Source: an uncultured Pseudomonadales bacterium
GTDB taxonomy: Bacteria > Patescibacteriota > Microgenomatia > UBA1400 > Chazhemtobacteraceae
Reading direction: 5' to 3'
Length of the DNA stretch: 64,000 nt
Assembly: GCA_964618725.1 (NCBI GenBank)
Contig: CAZUBK010000002.1
Location: 3,992-67,991 of the forward strand
The translations under genes and the position numbers were made by a program. The notes beneath the pieces were generated by a model. It did no database searches, was not told the DNA's origin, and saw only the letters and a list, made by a program, of their open reading frames with translations. Below, in pieces: positions 17,305 to 26,497 of this stretch; position 1 is the stretch's first letter, and every line of letters begins with the position of its first letter.

Positions 17305-19986
17305 TTAGCTTGATTTACCCACTGAATCTTCATTCATGTGACATTTTTTGTATTTTTTGCCGCTTCCACAATAACAAGGGTCGTTCCTACCAATGGTAGG
17401 TTTGCTGGTTTGCTTTGGCGTTGGTCTTGAGCTCTTTGTTTCCCCTACACCACTAGCGGGATCTTTGTGAGCAATAGCAGAGGAAAGGAGGTCTCGTGGT
17501 TGGGCTTGGATCTGGACACGGAAAATGGTTTGGGCAATGCGATAGTTGATGCGAGAGAGAAGGCTCTCGAAGACATTGAAGGCTTCGTGTTGGTACTCGA
17601 TCTTGGGATCGCGCTGAGCATAACCGCGAAGCCCTATTCCATCACGGAGATCATCTAGAGCGTCGAGGTGTTCCATCCAAAGAGAGTCAATTGCATCGAG
17701 AATAACGTAACGCTCGATCTGGCTATTCAAATCTTCGCCTATTTGTTTAGCACGAGAATCATAGGCTTGTTCACAAAGTCCTTTAAGGAACTTGTTTATC
17801 TCCTCCGGCTCCGAGGTCTTCTCCAGCTTATCTTTGAGTTGATCTTGGGAGTGTTGATCGAGGGGGAGAATGCTTTGGAAGCCTTGGAGAAGTTGTTCGG
17901 TTTCGTCCTTGGTGATGCCAGCGGGAGCCAGGATGCTGGTGAGATTGTCAATCTCTTCAGTGAGAATGTTTTTTACTTTCTGAGTAATTTTTTCCTTGGC
18001 TTCTTCGGCTTCTTCCAAGATTTGGCGGCGGCGGGTATAGATGACTTCACGCTGCTTGTTCATCACGTCGTCGTATTCGACGACGTTTTTTCGTTGGTCG
18101 AAATAGAAACCCTCGACTTTGCTTTGAGCAGTTTCGATGGCTTTGCTCACCATACCCGCCTCTAGGGGCTGGTCTTCCGGGACTTTGAGTAGATCCATGA
18201 GCTTGCTGACTTGTTCTCCGCCAAAGATACGCATAATATCGTCTTCGAGGGAGACATAGAAACGACTGCCCCCGGGATCACCTTGGCGACCAGAACGGCC
18301 CCTCAACTGATTATCAATTCGTCTGCTTTCATGACGAACGGCACCGATGACGTGTAGCCCCCCCAGTTTAACAACTTTGTCGTGCTGCTTTTGCCAGTCT
18401 TTTTCTGCCATCCCGATTGGACTGCCTCCCAAAACGATATCGACACCGCGGCCGGCTATATTGGTGGCAACAGTGATAGCCCCGGTTTTGCCGGCATCAC
18501 CAATAATCTCGGCTTCTTTTTCGTGGTTTTTGGCATTGAGGACTTGGTGGGGGACCTTTTTCTTTTTGAGGAACTGACTTAGGATTTCGTTTTGCTCAAT
18601 TGACTTGGTACCAATGAGAACAGGTTGGCCTTTAGCATGTCGATTAGCCACATCTTCGACGATTGAAGCATATTTGGCGCGGGTGGTTTTGAAAACGAGG
18701 TCACCGAGATCGTGGCGACTGACGGGACGGTGAGTAGGAATGACGATGACGTCGAGATTGTAGATTTTTTTGAACTCTTCGGCTTCAGTCTCGGCGGTAC
18801 CGGTCATACCGGCCAGCTTTTGGTAAAGGCGGAAATAGTTTTGAAGAGAGATGGTAGCGAGCGTTTTACTTTCCTGCTGGATATTGACGCCTTCTTTGGC
18901 TTCGATGGCTTGGTGGAGACCGTCGGAGAAGCGACGGCCGAACATAAGACGCCCGGTATGTTCGTCGACGATGATAACTTGATTGTCTTTGATGACATAG
19001 TCTTTGTTCTTTTCAAAGAGAGTATTGGCTTTGAGGGATTGTTCAATATGATGGACGGTATCGAAGTCCTTTTCATAGATGTTATCTATTCCCAAAGCTT
19101 TTTCAAGTTTTCGCAATCCATGGTCGGTGAGAGTAGCGGAGCGAAGCTTTTCATCGACTTCGTAGTCGATATTTTTGGTAAGCGTTTTGATTAGCTGGGC
19201 AAAACGGAAGTATTTTTCGGTTGGTTCGGCGTCGGGAGCAGAAATGATGAGGGGGGTCCTAGCTTCGTCGATGAGGATGGAGTCGACCTCATCGACGATG
19301 GCGAAGTGGTGAGGGCGCTGAGAAACGGAAGATAGAGAACGGGCCATATTGTCGCGCAGGTAATCAAAACCGAACTCATTGTTGGTGCCATAGGTGATAT
19401 CGGCGTCATAGGCCTCTTTGCGAGAAGCGGGCTTGAGGTGCTTAAGGCGGGGATCGTGATGAGAGTCGTCTAGATACTGTGGGTCATAAAGGCTGGCGGG
19501 GAGGTCGCCGGTGCCGGAGTAAATAACACCAACACTAAGGCCTAAGAGATCATAAATGGGAGCCATCCAACCAGCGTCACGACGGGCAAGGTAGTCGTTT
19601 ACGGTGACAAGATGAGCACCTTCTCCAGTTAGAGCATTGAGAACGAGGGCGGGGACAGCGGAGAGGGTTTTACCTTCACCGGTTTTTTGTTCGGCGATGC
19701 GACCTTCGTGGAAAGTAATACCGGCCATAAGTTGGACGTCAAAGGGGCGAAGTTTAAGGGTCCGAACAGAGGCTTCGCGGACGAGAGCGAAGGTGGGAAC
19801 GAGGATGTCGTCCAAAGTGGCACCTTGTTTGAGCTTCTTTTTAAGATTATGGACATTTGCAACAAAATCCTCTTTCTTGAGCTTTTGCATCTTAGGCTCA
19901 AGCTGGTTGATCTGATCGACAAGACTTTTGAGTCGGGTAATTTCTTTGGCATTACTGTCAAAGAGGCGAGTGAGAAAATTTAGCAT
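17305..19986 (-). CDS. secA: Preprotein translocase subunit SecA
   Basis: KTGEGKT, DEVDSILIDEARTPLIIS, QLRGRSGRQGDPG, C-terminal SEC-C motif GRNDPCYCGSGKKYKKCH. Confidence 0.98.
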   Translation of the reverse strand: MLNFLTRLFDSNAKEITRLKSLVDQINQLEPKMQKLKKEDFVANVHNLKKKLKQGATLDDILVPTFALVREASVRTLKLRPFDVQLMAGITFHEGRIAEQKTGEGKTLSAVPALVLNALTGEGAHLVTVNDYLARRDAGWMAPIYDLLGLSVGVIYSGTGDLPASLYDPQYLDDSHHDPRLKHLKPASRKEAYDADITYGTNNEFGFDYLRDNMARSLSSVSQRPHHFAIVDEVDSILIDEARTPLIISAPDAEPTEKYFRFAQLIKTLTKNIDYEVDEKLRSATLTDHGLRKLEKALGIDNIYEKDFDTVHHIEQSLKANTLFEKNKDYVIKDNQVIIVDEHTGRLMFGRRFSDGLHQAIEAKEGVNIQQESKTLATISLQNYFRLYQKLAGMTGTAETEAEEFKKIYNLDVIVIPTHRPVSRHDLGDLVFKTTRAKYASIVEDVANRHAKGQPVLIGTKSIEQNEILSQFLKKKKVPHQVLNAKNHEKEAEIIGDAGKTGAITVATNIAGRGVDIVLGGSPIGMAEKDWQKQHDKVVKLGGLHVIGAVRHESRRIDNQLRGRSGRQGDPGGSRFYVSLEDDIMRIFGGEQVSKLMDLLKVPEDQPLEAGMVSKAIETAQSKVEGFYFDQRKNVVEYDDVMNKQREVIYTRRRQILEEAEEAKEKITQKVKNILTEEIDNLTSILAPAGITKDETEQLLQGFQSILPLDQHSQDQLKDKLEKTSEPEEINKFLKGLCEQAYDSRAKQIGEDLNSQIERYVILDAIDSLWMEHLDALDDLRDGIGLRGYAQRDPKIEYQHEAFNVFESLLSRINYRIAQTIFRVQIQAQPRDLLSSAIAHKDPASGVGETKSSRPTPKQTSKPTIGRNDPCYCGSGKKYKKCHMNEDSVGKSS
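17332..17350 (-). repeat. 19-bp direct repeat, copy inside the secA SEC-C coding sequence
   Basis: Identical to 16655-16673; spacing 677 bp. Confidence 0.85.
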
Positions 19987-20017
19987 GGCTAGTATATTGT
20001 AATGCCCAGAATGTCTT

Positions 20018-20644
20018 TTAGTTAACAGAGATTAAGAAATTGCTGGGGGTGCGGGCGGTCTTGGTAGAAAAGTATTTATCTAATTGATCAAGAAACTTAA
20101 GAGTGGTTTGCTTAAACTCGCCCCAGAAAAGGCGGTTGATGAGAATGTGTTGTGAATGTTTTTTCAAATTGAGAAAAAACTTGGGATCTTCAAGACTTTT
20201 GGGGACTTGGTCACCAAGATAGCAATCAACAAGGGTTAGATCGTAGTTTTGTTTCTTAAGTTGGGAGACAAACTCTACGGCATCGGCGTTGATGATATCT
20301 AGTTTAGGAATTTTACCGATCTGAAAATGCTCTTTGGCGATCTTGATAACGGTGGGATCGATCTCGACTCCAGTAATGGAGGCTTCTGGCCACTTGCGGT
20401 GAATTAGTTTGGCGGCCGAACCAGCTCCGAAGCCGAGAATGAGAACAGAGCGGGGGATAAAGCCTTTGGGTAGAAGTTTCTTAAAGGCAGAATTCCAGAT
20501 GCTTTCAATAATCCAACCCGACTGAGTCAGACCGCCCATATCGAGGCGAGGACGACCACCGAACTGAACTAACTCAACTTCTTTATTGATTTTTGAGTCA
20601 AATTTCTTGATGACTTGGGGGCTGAAATATTGTTTGATATCCAT
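20018..20644 (-). CDS. Class I SAM-dependent methyltransferase (spermidine-synthase-like)
   Basis: VLILGFGAGS, GVEIDP, ADA, YDLTLVD. Confidence 0.8.
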   Translation of the reverse strand: MDIKQYFSPQVIKKFDSKINKEVELVQFGGRPRLDMGGLTQSGWIIESIWNSAFKKLLPKGFIPRSVLILGFGAGSAAKLIHRKWPEASITGVEIDPTVIKIAKEHFQIGKIPKLDIINADAVEFVSQLKKQNYDLTLVDCYLGDQVPKSLEDPKFFLNLKKHSQHILINRLFWGEFKQTTLKFLDQLDKYFSTKTARTPSNFLISVN

Positions 20645-20706
20645 GTTTTGTTTTCACCACTTACAGAAATATTGTACAAGAAGGCCCCGCGTTTGCGGGG
20701 CGAAAG

Positions 20707-21768
20707 TCAAGGTTGTTCTATACCTAGGACTTTGAGTTCCTCTCGTATCTTGGTGGCTAGATCGGACCATCGCTTGTAGCGTTTGTCGACTTTGCTTCTA
20801 GTTATACGGGCTGGGGCGAGTCGCTCCTGCATGTAGGCGGCATCAAGGAGGGCGGCGGCGGCCAGATCACGTTCCCGAATAGACTCGGCTCCTTGGAGAA
20901 TGACGACGACGGGAATGTTCTCACGGTTCGCGGTAACGATAGTCGAATAACCGGCTTTTTGCGTGTAGGCGATTTTAAGGCCATTAACACCGGGGTAGAC
21001 ACCGAGGAGGCCATTCCAGTTGGGGAGATAGTAACGGCCGTGTGAGGAAGAGGTTGCAATATCCTCCATATCTGACTTGCCAGAATAAAGAATGTACGGG
21101 TAATTTTGTTGCGCGTTTGAAACTAGGATGAAAATATCCTCAAGAGTTGAGTACTGAGAGTCGTCATCATAGCCCTCCGGGTTTGCAAAGTGGCTGTTTT
21201 TTAAACCTAACATGGTGGCTTTCTGGTTCATTTGTTCGATGAAGTAAACGAGGGGTTGGTGATAGTAGCTGGCGAGTCCTTCGGCGATGGTAGCGGCGGC
21301 ATCATTAGCGGAAGTGGCAATGGAGGCACGGACAAGATCATTAAGTGAGACTTGTTCGCCAACTTTAAGCCCTAAGATGGTTGGCTCTTTTTCAATTGAG
21401 GTCTTGGTAGCGGTAAAAAGTTGATCTTCATCTTGGGCAATATCAAAGGCGACTTGGGTGGTAAGAAGCTTAGTGAAAGAGCCGGGAGAGATTGGTTTGG
21501 TATGGTTCTTGGCGAGATAGACTTGACTGGTATTGGGGTTGTAAACCAAATAAGTTATTTTCTCGCTAATGGTATCTATGGTTTGCGTTCTCTTGTAGTC
21601 AAGGGGGGTAACTCTGACTATCTTTTGACCAAGTTTCTCAGATAGATCAGGAGGGCGGAGTTGATCGATTATTGGAGAGAGAAGCTTGGGAGCGGGGAGT
21701 AGATATGACGCCACTCCGCCGGTGGCGGCTAGAAGAAGTAAGAAGAGAAAAACTGGTTTAAGCTTCAC
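20707..21768 (-). CDS. D-Ala-D-Ala carboxypeptidase (peptidase S11 family)
   Basis: SFTK (SxxK), SAND (SxN), FANPEG; KIA in place of KTG. Likely GTG start at 21768. Confidence 0.85.
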   Translation of the reverse strand: MKLKPVFLFLLLLAATGGVASYLLPAPKLLSPIIDQLRPPDLSEKLGQKIVRVTPLDYKRTQTIDTISEKITYLVYNPNTSQVYLAKNHTKPISPGSFTKLLTTQVAFDIAQDEDQLFTATKTSIEKEPTILGLKVGEQVSLNDLVRASIATSANDAAATIAEGLASYYHQPLVYFIEQMNQKATMLGLKNSHFANPEGYDDDSQYSTLEDIFILVSNAQQNYPYILYSGKSDMEDIATSSSHGRYYLPNWNGLLGVYPGVNGLKIAYTQKAGYSTIVTANRENIPVVVILQGAESIRERDLAAAALLDAAYMQERLAPARITRSKVDKRYKRWSDLATKIREELKVLGIEQP

Positions 21769-21773
21769 GTTTA

Positions 21774-21863
21774 ATATGCCCAAGTAATTAGAGTTTGTTC
21801 CTGATATGTTGGGCATATATCCGAATTACTATTCTAGTGGCAAGTAGAAATCATTTGGATATA
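21774..21863. repeat. Double inverted-repeat element, copy B (MITE/REP-like)
   Basis: ATATGCCCAA(21774)..TTGGGCATAT(21809-21818), then TATATCCGAA..TTTGGATATA(21854-21863); the last arm overlaps the serS terminal codons. Confidence 0.65.
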
Positions 21864-23128
21864 ATTTCTTTGCCGACGTAGGGGACTAAGACTGACGGGA
21901 TCTTGATAGAGCCGTCCTTTTGTTGATAGTTCTCTAAGATGGCAATGAGAAGTCTAGGTGAAGGAGCGGCAGTATTGTTGAGCATGTGGACATACTGAAG
22001 CTTACCGCCTTTACTGCGATACTTGATGTTGGCGCGACGACTCTGGAAGTCGGTCATGATCGAGTCGGAAGCGGTTTCACCAAAGTCCCCACGTCCGGGC
22101 ATCCAGGTCTCGATGTCATACTTTTTAGCTTGAGGCTCGCCCATATCCCCAGTACACATCAGAAGAACGCGATAGTGGAGACCAAGTTCTTGGAGGATCT
22201 CCTCAGAGTAATTAAGCATCGTCTCGTGCCAAGTACGGGACTCCTCAATGTCGTTCTTACAGAGGACAACTTGTTCTATCTTCATGAATTCATGAACACG
22301 ATAGATGCCGCGAGTATCTTTACCGTAGTTGCCAATTTCGCGACGGAAACAGGGAGAGTAGCCAACCATTTTGATGGGTAGATCTTTTTCGTTTAGGACT
22401 TCGTTGGCATAGTAGGAAACGAGAGGAGTCTCGGCGGTGCCGGCAAGGAAGTAGTCGTTTTCGGGATCGGTCTCATCACTACTTAGCTTGTAGCCTTCGT
22501 GCTCTCCCCAGGGTTGGTGACCGGAGTTAACAAAAACGAAGCGGCGATCAATGATGGGGGGAATCATGGGGGTATAGCCTTTTTCAATAAATTTGTTTAG
22601 GGCGTACTGCATGATGGCATTTTGGAGGAGAACGGCTTCGTTCTTAAGAAAGTAGCCTCTGAATCCTGCTACCTTAGTACCTCTATCTAAATCGAGAATA
22701 TCTAGGGAGAGACCTAGATCGATGTGGTCTTTGGGTTCGAAACCGTACTTTGGTTTGTCACCAACGGTGCGATAGACGACATTGTCGGAGCTATCTTTAC
22801 CGACGGGGACTTCGTCGAGCGGGACATTGGGGACCTGGAGCATGAGATTGAGAAAGGCTTCCTCGGTTTTTTTGAGCTCTGGCTCTAGATCCTGAAGCTG
22901 GGCCTTGAGGTCGAGAGATTTCTTGATTAGATCTTCATTTCTGCCTTGTTTGAGACCATCGTTGATTTTGTTTCGCTGCGCCCGAAAGGCTTCGACTTGG
23001 GTAATTAGGTCACGACGTTTGGTGTCCTGTTCAAGAATGCGGTCGACGACGTCTGGATTGAGGTTCTTGTTGGTACAAGCTTGCTTAACCTTTTCATTGT
23101 TATCACGGATGAATTGTATGTCTAGCAT
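21851..23128 (-). CDS. serS: Serine--tRNA ligase
   Basis: MLDIQFIR, N-terminal coiled arm, GTAE, FRRE, RVHEFMKIE, LENYQ. Confidence 0.97.
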   Translation of the reverse strand: MLDIQFIRDNNEKVKQACTNKNLNPDVVDRILEQDTKRRDLITQVEAFRAQRNKINDGLKQGRNEDLIKKSLDLKAQLQDLEPELKKTEEAFLNLMLQVPNVPLDEVPVGKDSSDNVVYRTVGDKPKYGFEPKDHIDLGLSLDILDLDRGTKVAGFRGYFLKNEAVLLQNAIMQYALNKFIEKGYTPMIPPIIDRRFVFVNSGHQPWGEHEGYKLSSDETDPENDYFLAGTAETPLVSYYANEVLNEKDLPIKMVGYSPCFRREIGNYGKDTRGIYRVHEFMKIEQVVLCKNDIEESRTWHETMLNYSEEILQELGLHYRVLLMCTGDMGEPQAKKYDIETWMPGRGDFGETASDSIMTDFQSRRANIKYRSKGGKLQYVHMLNNTAAPSPRLLIAILENYQQKDGSIKIPSVLVPYVGKEIISK

Positions 23129-23162
23129 GGTCTTTAGTGTACATTAATTAATATCTTGGCAT

Positions 23163-23312
23163 GAAAAAACCCAAGCCTAAACTTGGGATTAGATCTCCGC
23201 TTTCGCTTCGAGATGCCATCTAATCGGTCTTAATTACGGCTGTAACGGGCGTACCCGAAGTAGTTTTTGACCCTACTTAGCTTGATAGTTGGAAAGACCA
23301 TCTCAACGCTTT
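23163..23312 (-). ncRNA. Ser T-box riboswitch with ultrashort Stem I
   Basis: Extended -10 TGCTATAAT; GA motif GCGTTGA; Stem I GATGGT/ACTATC with loop CTTTCCA (UCC Ser specifier); Stem II AAGTAG/CTACTT; IIA/B CGGG-TACG-CCCG with downstream CGTA; antiterminator TTAGA-TGGCATC...TCTAA; terminator CCCAAG/CTTGGG-T6. Confidence 0.8.
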
Positions 23313-23365
23313 AGGATGATTATAGCATAAGTGAATGTGCCAGACAGAAAAGTCTGGCACAGATA

Positions 23366-23626
23366 TTACTTTCTTTTCAACATGAACATTGCCGCGATGA
23401 CAAGAATCGTACAGCTTAAGCCGATAAGACCGGCGATGCAAACGGCCCACCATTGAAAACTGACGAAGCCGGCGGCAATTTGATATGCTAGGGGAAGATT
23501 ACCTAGATTGGCCTGAATGAATTTGAGGTTCAAGTAGTACTGGAGGAATTCCAAAAAAAAGGTACTAAGAAAACCGAAAGGGAAACTAACAAAGAGCATC
23601 CGTTTAAGCCTTTTTGTCCTATTCAT
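23366..23626 (-). CDS. Small 2-TM hypothetical protein
   Basis: AGGAG SD, two hydrophobic segments, downstream hairpin GTGCCAGAC/GTCTGGCAC. Confidence 0.6.
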   Translation of the reverse strand: MNRTKRLKRMLFVSFPFGFLSTFFLEFLQYYLNLKFIQANLGNLPLAYQIAAGFVSFQWWAVCIAGLIGLSCTILVIAAMFMLKRK

Positions 23627-23727
23627 TCCGTGTCTCCTAAAATCAGAAAGTGCGAGTTCAAATTATCTTAGCACAAGCGGCATAAGAGCTGTTTTTGTGT
23701 CTAATTCTTTTAGGTCTGACTAATGAT

Positions 23728-24288
23728 TTACAAACCTAATTCGTTTGAGATTCTTTGTAGAGCTGACAGACAGATGGACATATATTCTTTGAGAGGGATG
23801 CCAAGCTCTTTTTCAGTCATCAGAGCTGGCTCACGCTTGGCACCGGCGGCGAACGATTTCTCGGGCCATTTTTTAAGTAGATTATCAACGGTAAGTGAGG
23901 CAAGTTTCTCGGGACGAACGAGAGCGCAGGCGATGACAAAACCGGAGAGATCATCACAGGTATACAGGGCCCAATCCATTTTGGAGCTAGGTTTAGGACA
24001 GTCATTCTTCCAACCCCAAGCGTGGGCCTTGATAGCTTGAGTAACTCTTGGATCTGCATTTCTTGCTTCTAACTCATCAAAGATTTTGCTTGGGTGCTTT
24101 TTGGGGTCATCTTTAAACATTTCGTAGTCGGCGTCATGGAGGAGTCCGGCAAGTCCCCAGAGATCTTCGTCTTCACCGAAATGTCTGGCGAGGGCGCGCA
24201 TTTGCGCTTCCACAGCCAACATATGTTTAATCAGATTGGGATTCTTGGTCCAGTCATGAACCAATTGGAGGGCGTCTTCTCTATTCAT
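23728..24288 (-). CDS. HD-domain phosphohydrolase
   Basis: KHMLAVE, GLLHDADYE, AIKAH, DDLSG; abuts the lysS stop. Confidence 0.88.
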   Translation of the reverse strand: MNREDALQLVHDWTKNPNLIKHMLAVEAQMRALARHFGEDEDLWGLAGLLHDADYEMFKDDPKKHPSKIFDELEARNADPRVTQAIKAHAWGWKNDCPKPSSKMDWALYTCDDLSGFVIACALVRPEKLASLTVDNLLKKWPEKSFAAGAKREPALMTEKELGIPLKEYMSICLSALQRISNELGL

Positions 24289-25767
24289 TTATTTTTTGCC
24301 GACTTTTTTGATCTTCTTTTCCGGCTTGAGAGTGGGAAAGAGGATGACATCTTTGAGAGAGGCTTGATTGGTTAAGATGGCGGTGAAACGGTCAATGCCC
24401 ATTCCCCAGCCGGCGGTGGGTGGCATACCGTATTCCAGGGCTCTAATGTAATCTTCGTCGAGGGGTTGAGCAGCAACACCTTTTTCAACTAGCACTTTCT
24501 CTTCTTCCCAGCGGGCGCGCTGATCAGTGGGATCATTTAACTCAGAGTAAGCCTTGATTACTTCAAAACCACAGACAAGAAGCTGCATGCTGGCAATCTT
24601 GGTTTGGTCATCGGGGAGACGCTTAGCGAGAGGCATGGCTTCATAGGGGTGATCTATTAGAAAAATTGGGCCGGTAATGTTGGGACGAGAGTAGGCCTTG
24701 TAGAGTTCGTCTAGAACATTGGCATATCCGGAAATGCCTTTGAGATCGGGATTGAGATTCTTCTCTTTGATGGCAGCGCATAGTTTTTCTTCGGTAGTAA
24801 TTTCATCAATATCAACGCCGGTGTCTTTGAGAACAAGGTCTCTGAATTTAACTCTTGGCCAAGGGAGGGTGAAGTCAATTTCCTTATCTTGATAGATAAT
24901 CTTGTAACTACCAGTAACTTCTTTGACAACGCCGGAAAGCATCTCCTCAGAGAGGATCATGAGATCGGTGTAATCGGCATAGGCCCAATAGAACTCGAGC
25001 ATAGTGAACTCGGGATTGTGTTGGCGATCGATACCTTCGTTACGGAAATCTTTACTCATTTCATAGACTTTGTCGTAGCCACCGACGATGAGGCGCTTTA
25101 GATATAGCTCGTCGGAGATGCGGAGATAGAAATCGTTGTCGAGTGCGTTGTGATGGGTGATGAAGGGACGGGCAGTGGCGCCGCCATAGAGGGGTTGAAG
25201 AACGGGTGTCTCGACCTCAAGAAAGCCTTTCTCGTCGAGGAAGCGGCGCAGATAGGAAACTATTCTGGTCCGAGTATTGAAGACGCGACGGACATCGGGA
25301 TTAAGGACTAGGTCAACATAGCGTTGACGATAGCGCTCTTCGACGTCTTTAAGGCCATGCCAGGTACTGGGAAGGGGGCGAACTGACTTTGTTAGTAGAT
25401 TGAGTTCCTTGACCTCAATGGTGAGTTCGCCGGTTTTGGTAGTGAAGACTAAGCCGCTGACGCCAATTATGTCGCCGATATCGAGGAATTCATTGATCTG
25501 TTGACTAAGAGTACTCAAACTGTCGGCTTTAATTAAAAGCTGGATTTTGCCGGTTTCATCGACTAAATCGAGAAATGAAATAGCGCCATGACCGCGAACG
25601 GCCATAATGCGACCGGCAGTCTGAACAGAGTTACCTTCTGCCTGGCGGGCTTGGTCGATGGAATGCTTTTTGTCGAAGGTAAAGGAATACGGATTAACGC
25701 CTAATTGCTTAAGCTTGTCACTTTTTTCAACTCTCACTTTAATCAGCTCTTCTATGGGAGTAGCCAT
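24289..25767 (-). CDS. lysS: Lysine--tRNA ligase (class II)
   Basis: YRQRYVDL, YGGATARPF, FRNEGID, HNPEFTMLE, GMPPTAGWGMGIDR. Confidence 0.98.
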   Translation of the reverse strand: MATPIEELIKVRVEKSDKLKQLGVNPYSFTFDKKHSIDQARQAEGNSVQTAGRIMAVRGHGAISFLDLVDETGKIQLLIKADSLSTLSQQINEFLDIGDIIGVSGLVFTTKTGELTIEVKELNLLTKSVRPLPSTWHGLKDVEERYRQRYVDLVLNPDVRRVFNTRTRIVSYLRRFLDEKGFLEVETPVLQPLYGGATARPFITHHNALDNDFYLRISDELYLKRLIVGGYDKVYEMSKDFRNEGIDRQHNPEFTMLEFYWAYADYTDLMILSEEMLSGVVKEVTGSYKIIYQDKEIDFTLPWPRVKFRDLVLKDTGVDIDEITTEEKLCAAIKEKNLNPDLKGISGYANVLDELYKAYSRPNITGPIFLIDHPYEAMPLAKRLPDDQTKIASMQLLVCGFEVIKAYSELNDPTDQRARWEEEKVLVEKGVAAQPLDEDYIRALEYGMPPTAGWGMGIDRFTAILTNQASLKDVILFPTLKPEKKIKKVGKK

Positions 25768-25790
25768 GGGCCTTATTGTACACCAAGATA

Positions 25791-26255
25791 TTACTTTACA
25801 GCCTTGATGTGATAGATGATTTTGCCGGCAGGGGCTTCGACTTCTACCTTTTCACCAGCGGTCTTACCAACTAGGGCTTTGCCCAGGGGAGACTCGTGAC
25901 TGATTTTTTTAGCAGCCGGATCGGCTTCCCATTCACCGACGATATGAAACTCGTGTTCGGTACCGTTAACATTGACAACGACGCGGCTACCAATATTGAT
26001 TGGACCACCGGAACCCGTTTCAATGATTTGAGCTTGGGCCAGAACTGCTTCGAGTTCTTCAAGACGACCCTGAATCCAAGCATGATCGTCCCGAGCGGCA
26101 TGATATTCGGCGTTCTCAGAGAGATCACCGAACTCACGAGCTTTGGAAACGCGGTCAATGACAGCGGGAAGCTTGTTTTTCTTGATGTCCTCCAATTCAG
26201 CAAGTAGTTCTTGCTGTCCTTGGGGGGTTAAGAGAATAGTTTTATTTTTATCCAT
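25791..26255 (-). CDS. greA: Transcription elongation factor GreA
   Basis: GDLSENAEYHAA, ISHESPLGKAL. Confidence 0.96.
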   Translation of the reverse strand: MDKNKTILLTPQGQQELLAELEDIKKNKLPAVIDRVSKAREFGDLSENAEYHAARDDHAWIQGRLEELEAVLAQAQIIETGSGGPINIGSRVVVNVNGTEHEFHIVGEWEADPAAKKISHESPLGKALVGKTAGEKVEVEAPAGKIIYHIKAVK

Positions 26256-26258
26256 TTT

Positions 26259-26459
26259 AAAAGCGAAGAATATAAACTCTTCGCAGTAACATAATTGTTA
26301 GTAAATATTTTGTCAATCTCTTGATTTTTCTTAATTTTTTGCAAACAAAAAAAGCCATACGGCTTGGGTGGACACATACTCAAACAAATTTAAAGAAAAA
26401 TTCAAAGGGCAGGGCGAATTGACTTGTGTATTGTAACCCTAAATATATGGATCTGTCAA
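26259..26459 (-). promoter_or_regulatory. greA leader: tandem sigma70 promoters, each followed by a hairpin and U-tract
   Basis: TTGACA(26459)-N18-TACAAT, then AAGCC-GTAT-GGCTT-T5 (26347-26365); TTGACA(26316)-N17-TATGTT, then GCGAAGA/TCTTCGC-TTTT just before ATG. Confidence 0.6.
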
Positions 26460-26497
26460 TGGTTTGGCCTTGGCCATGTTATAATTTAGATACTTTA

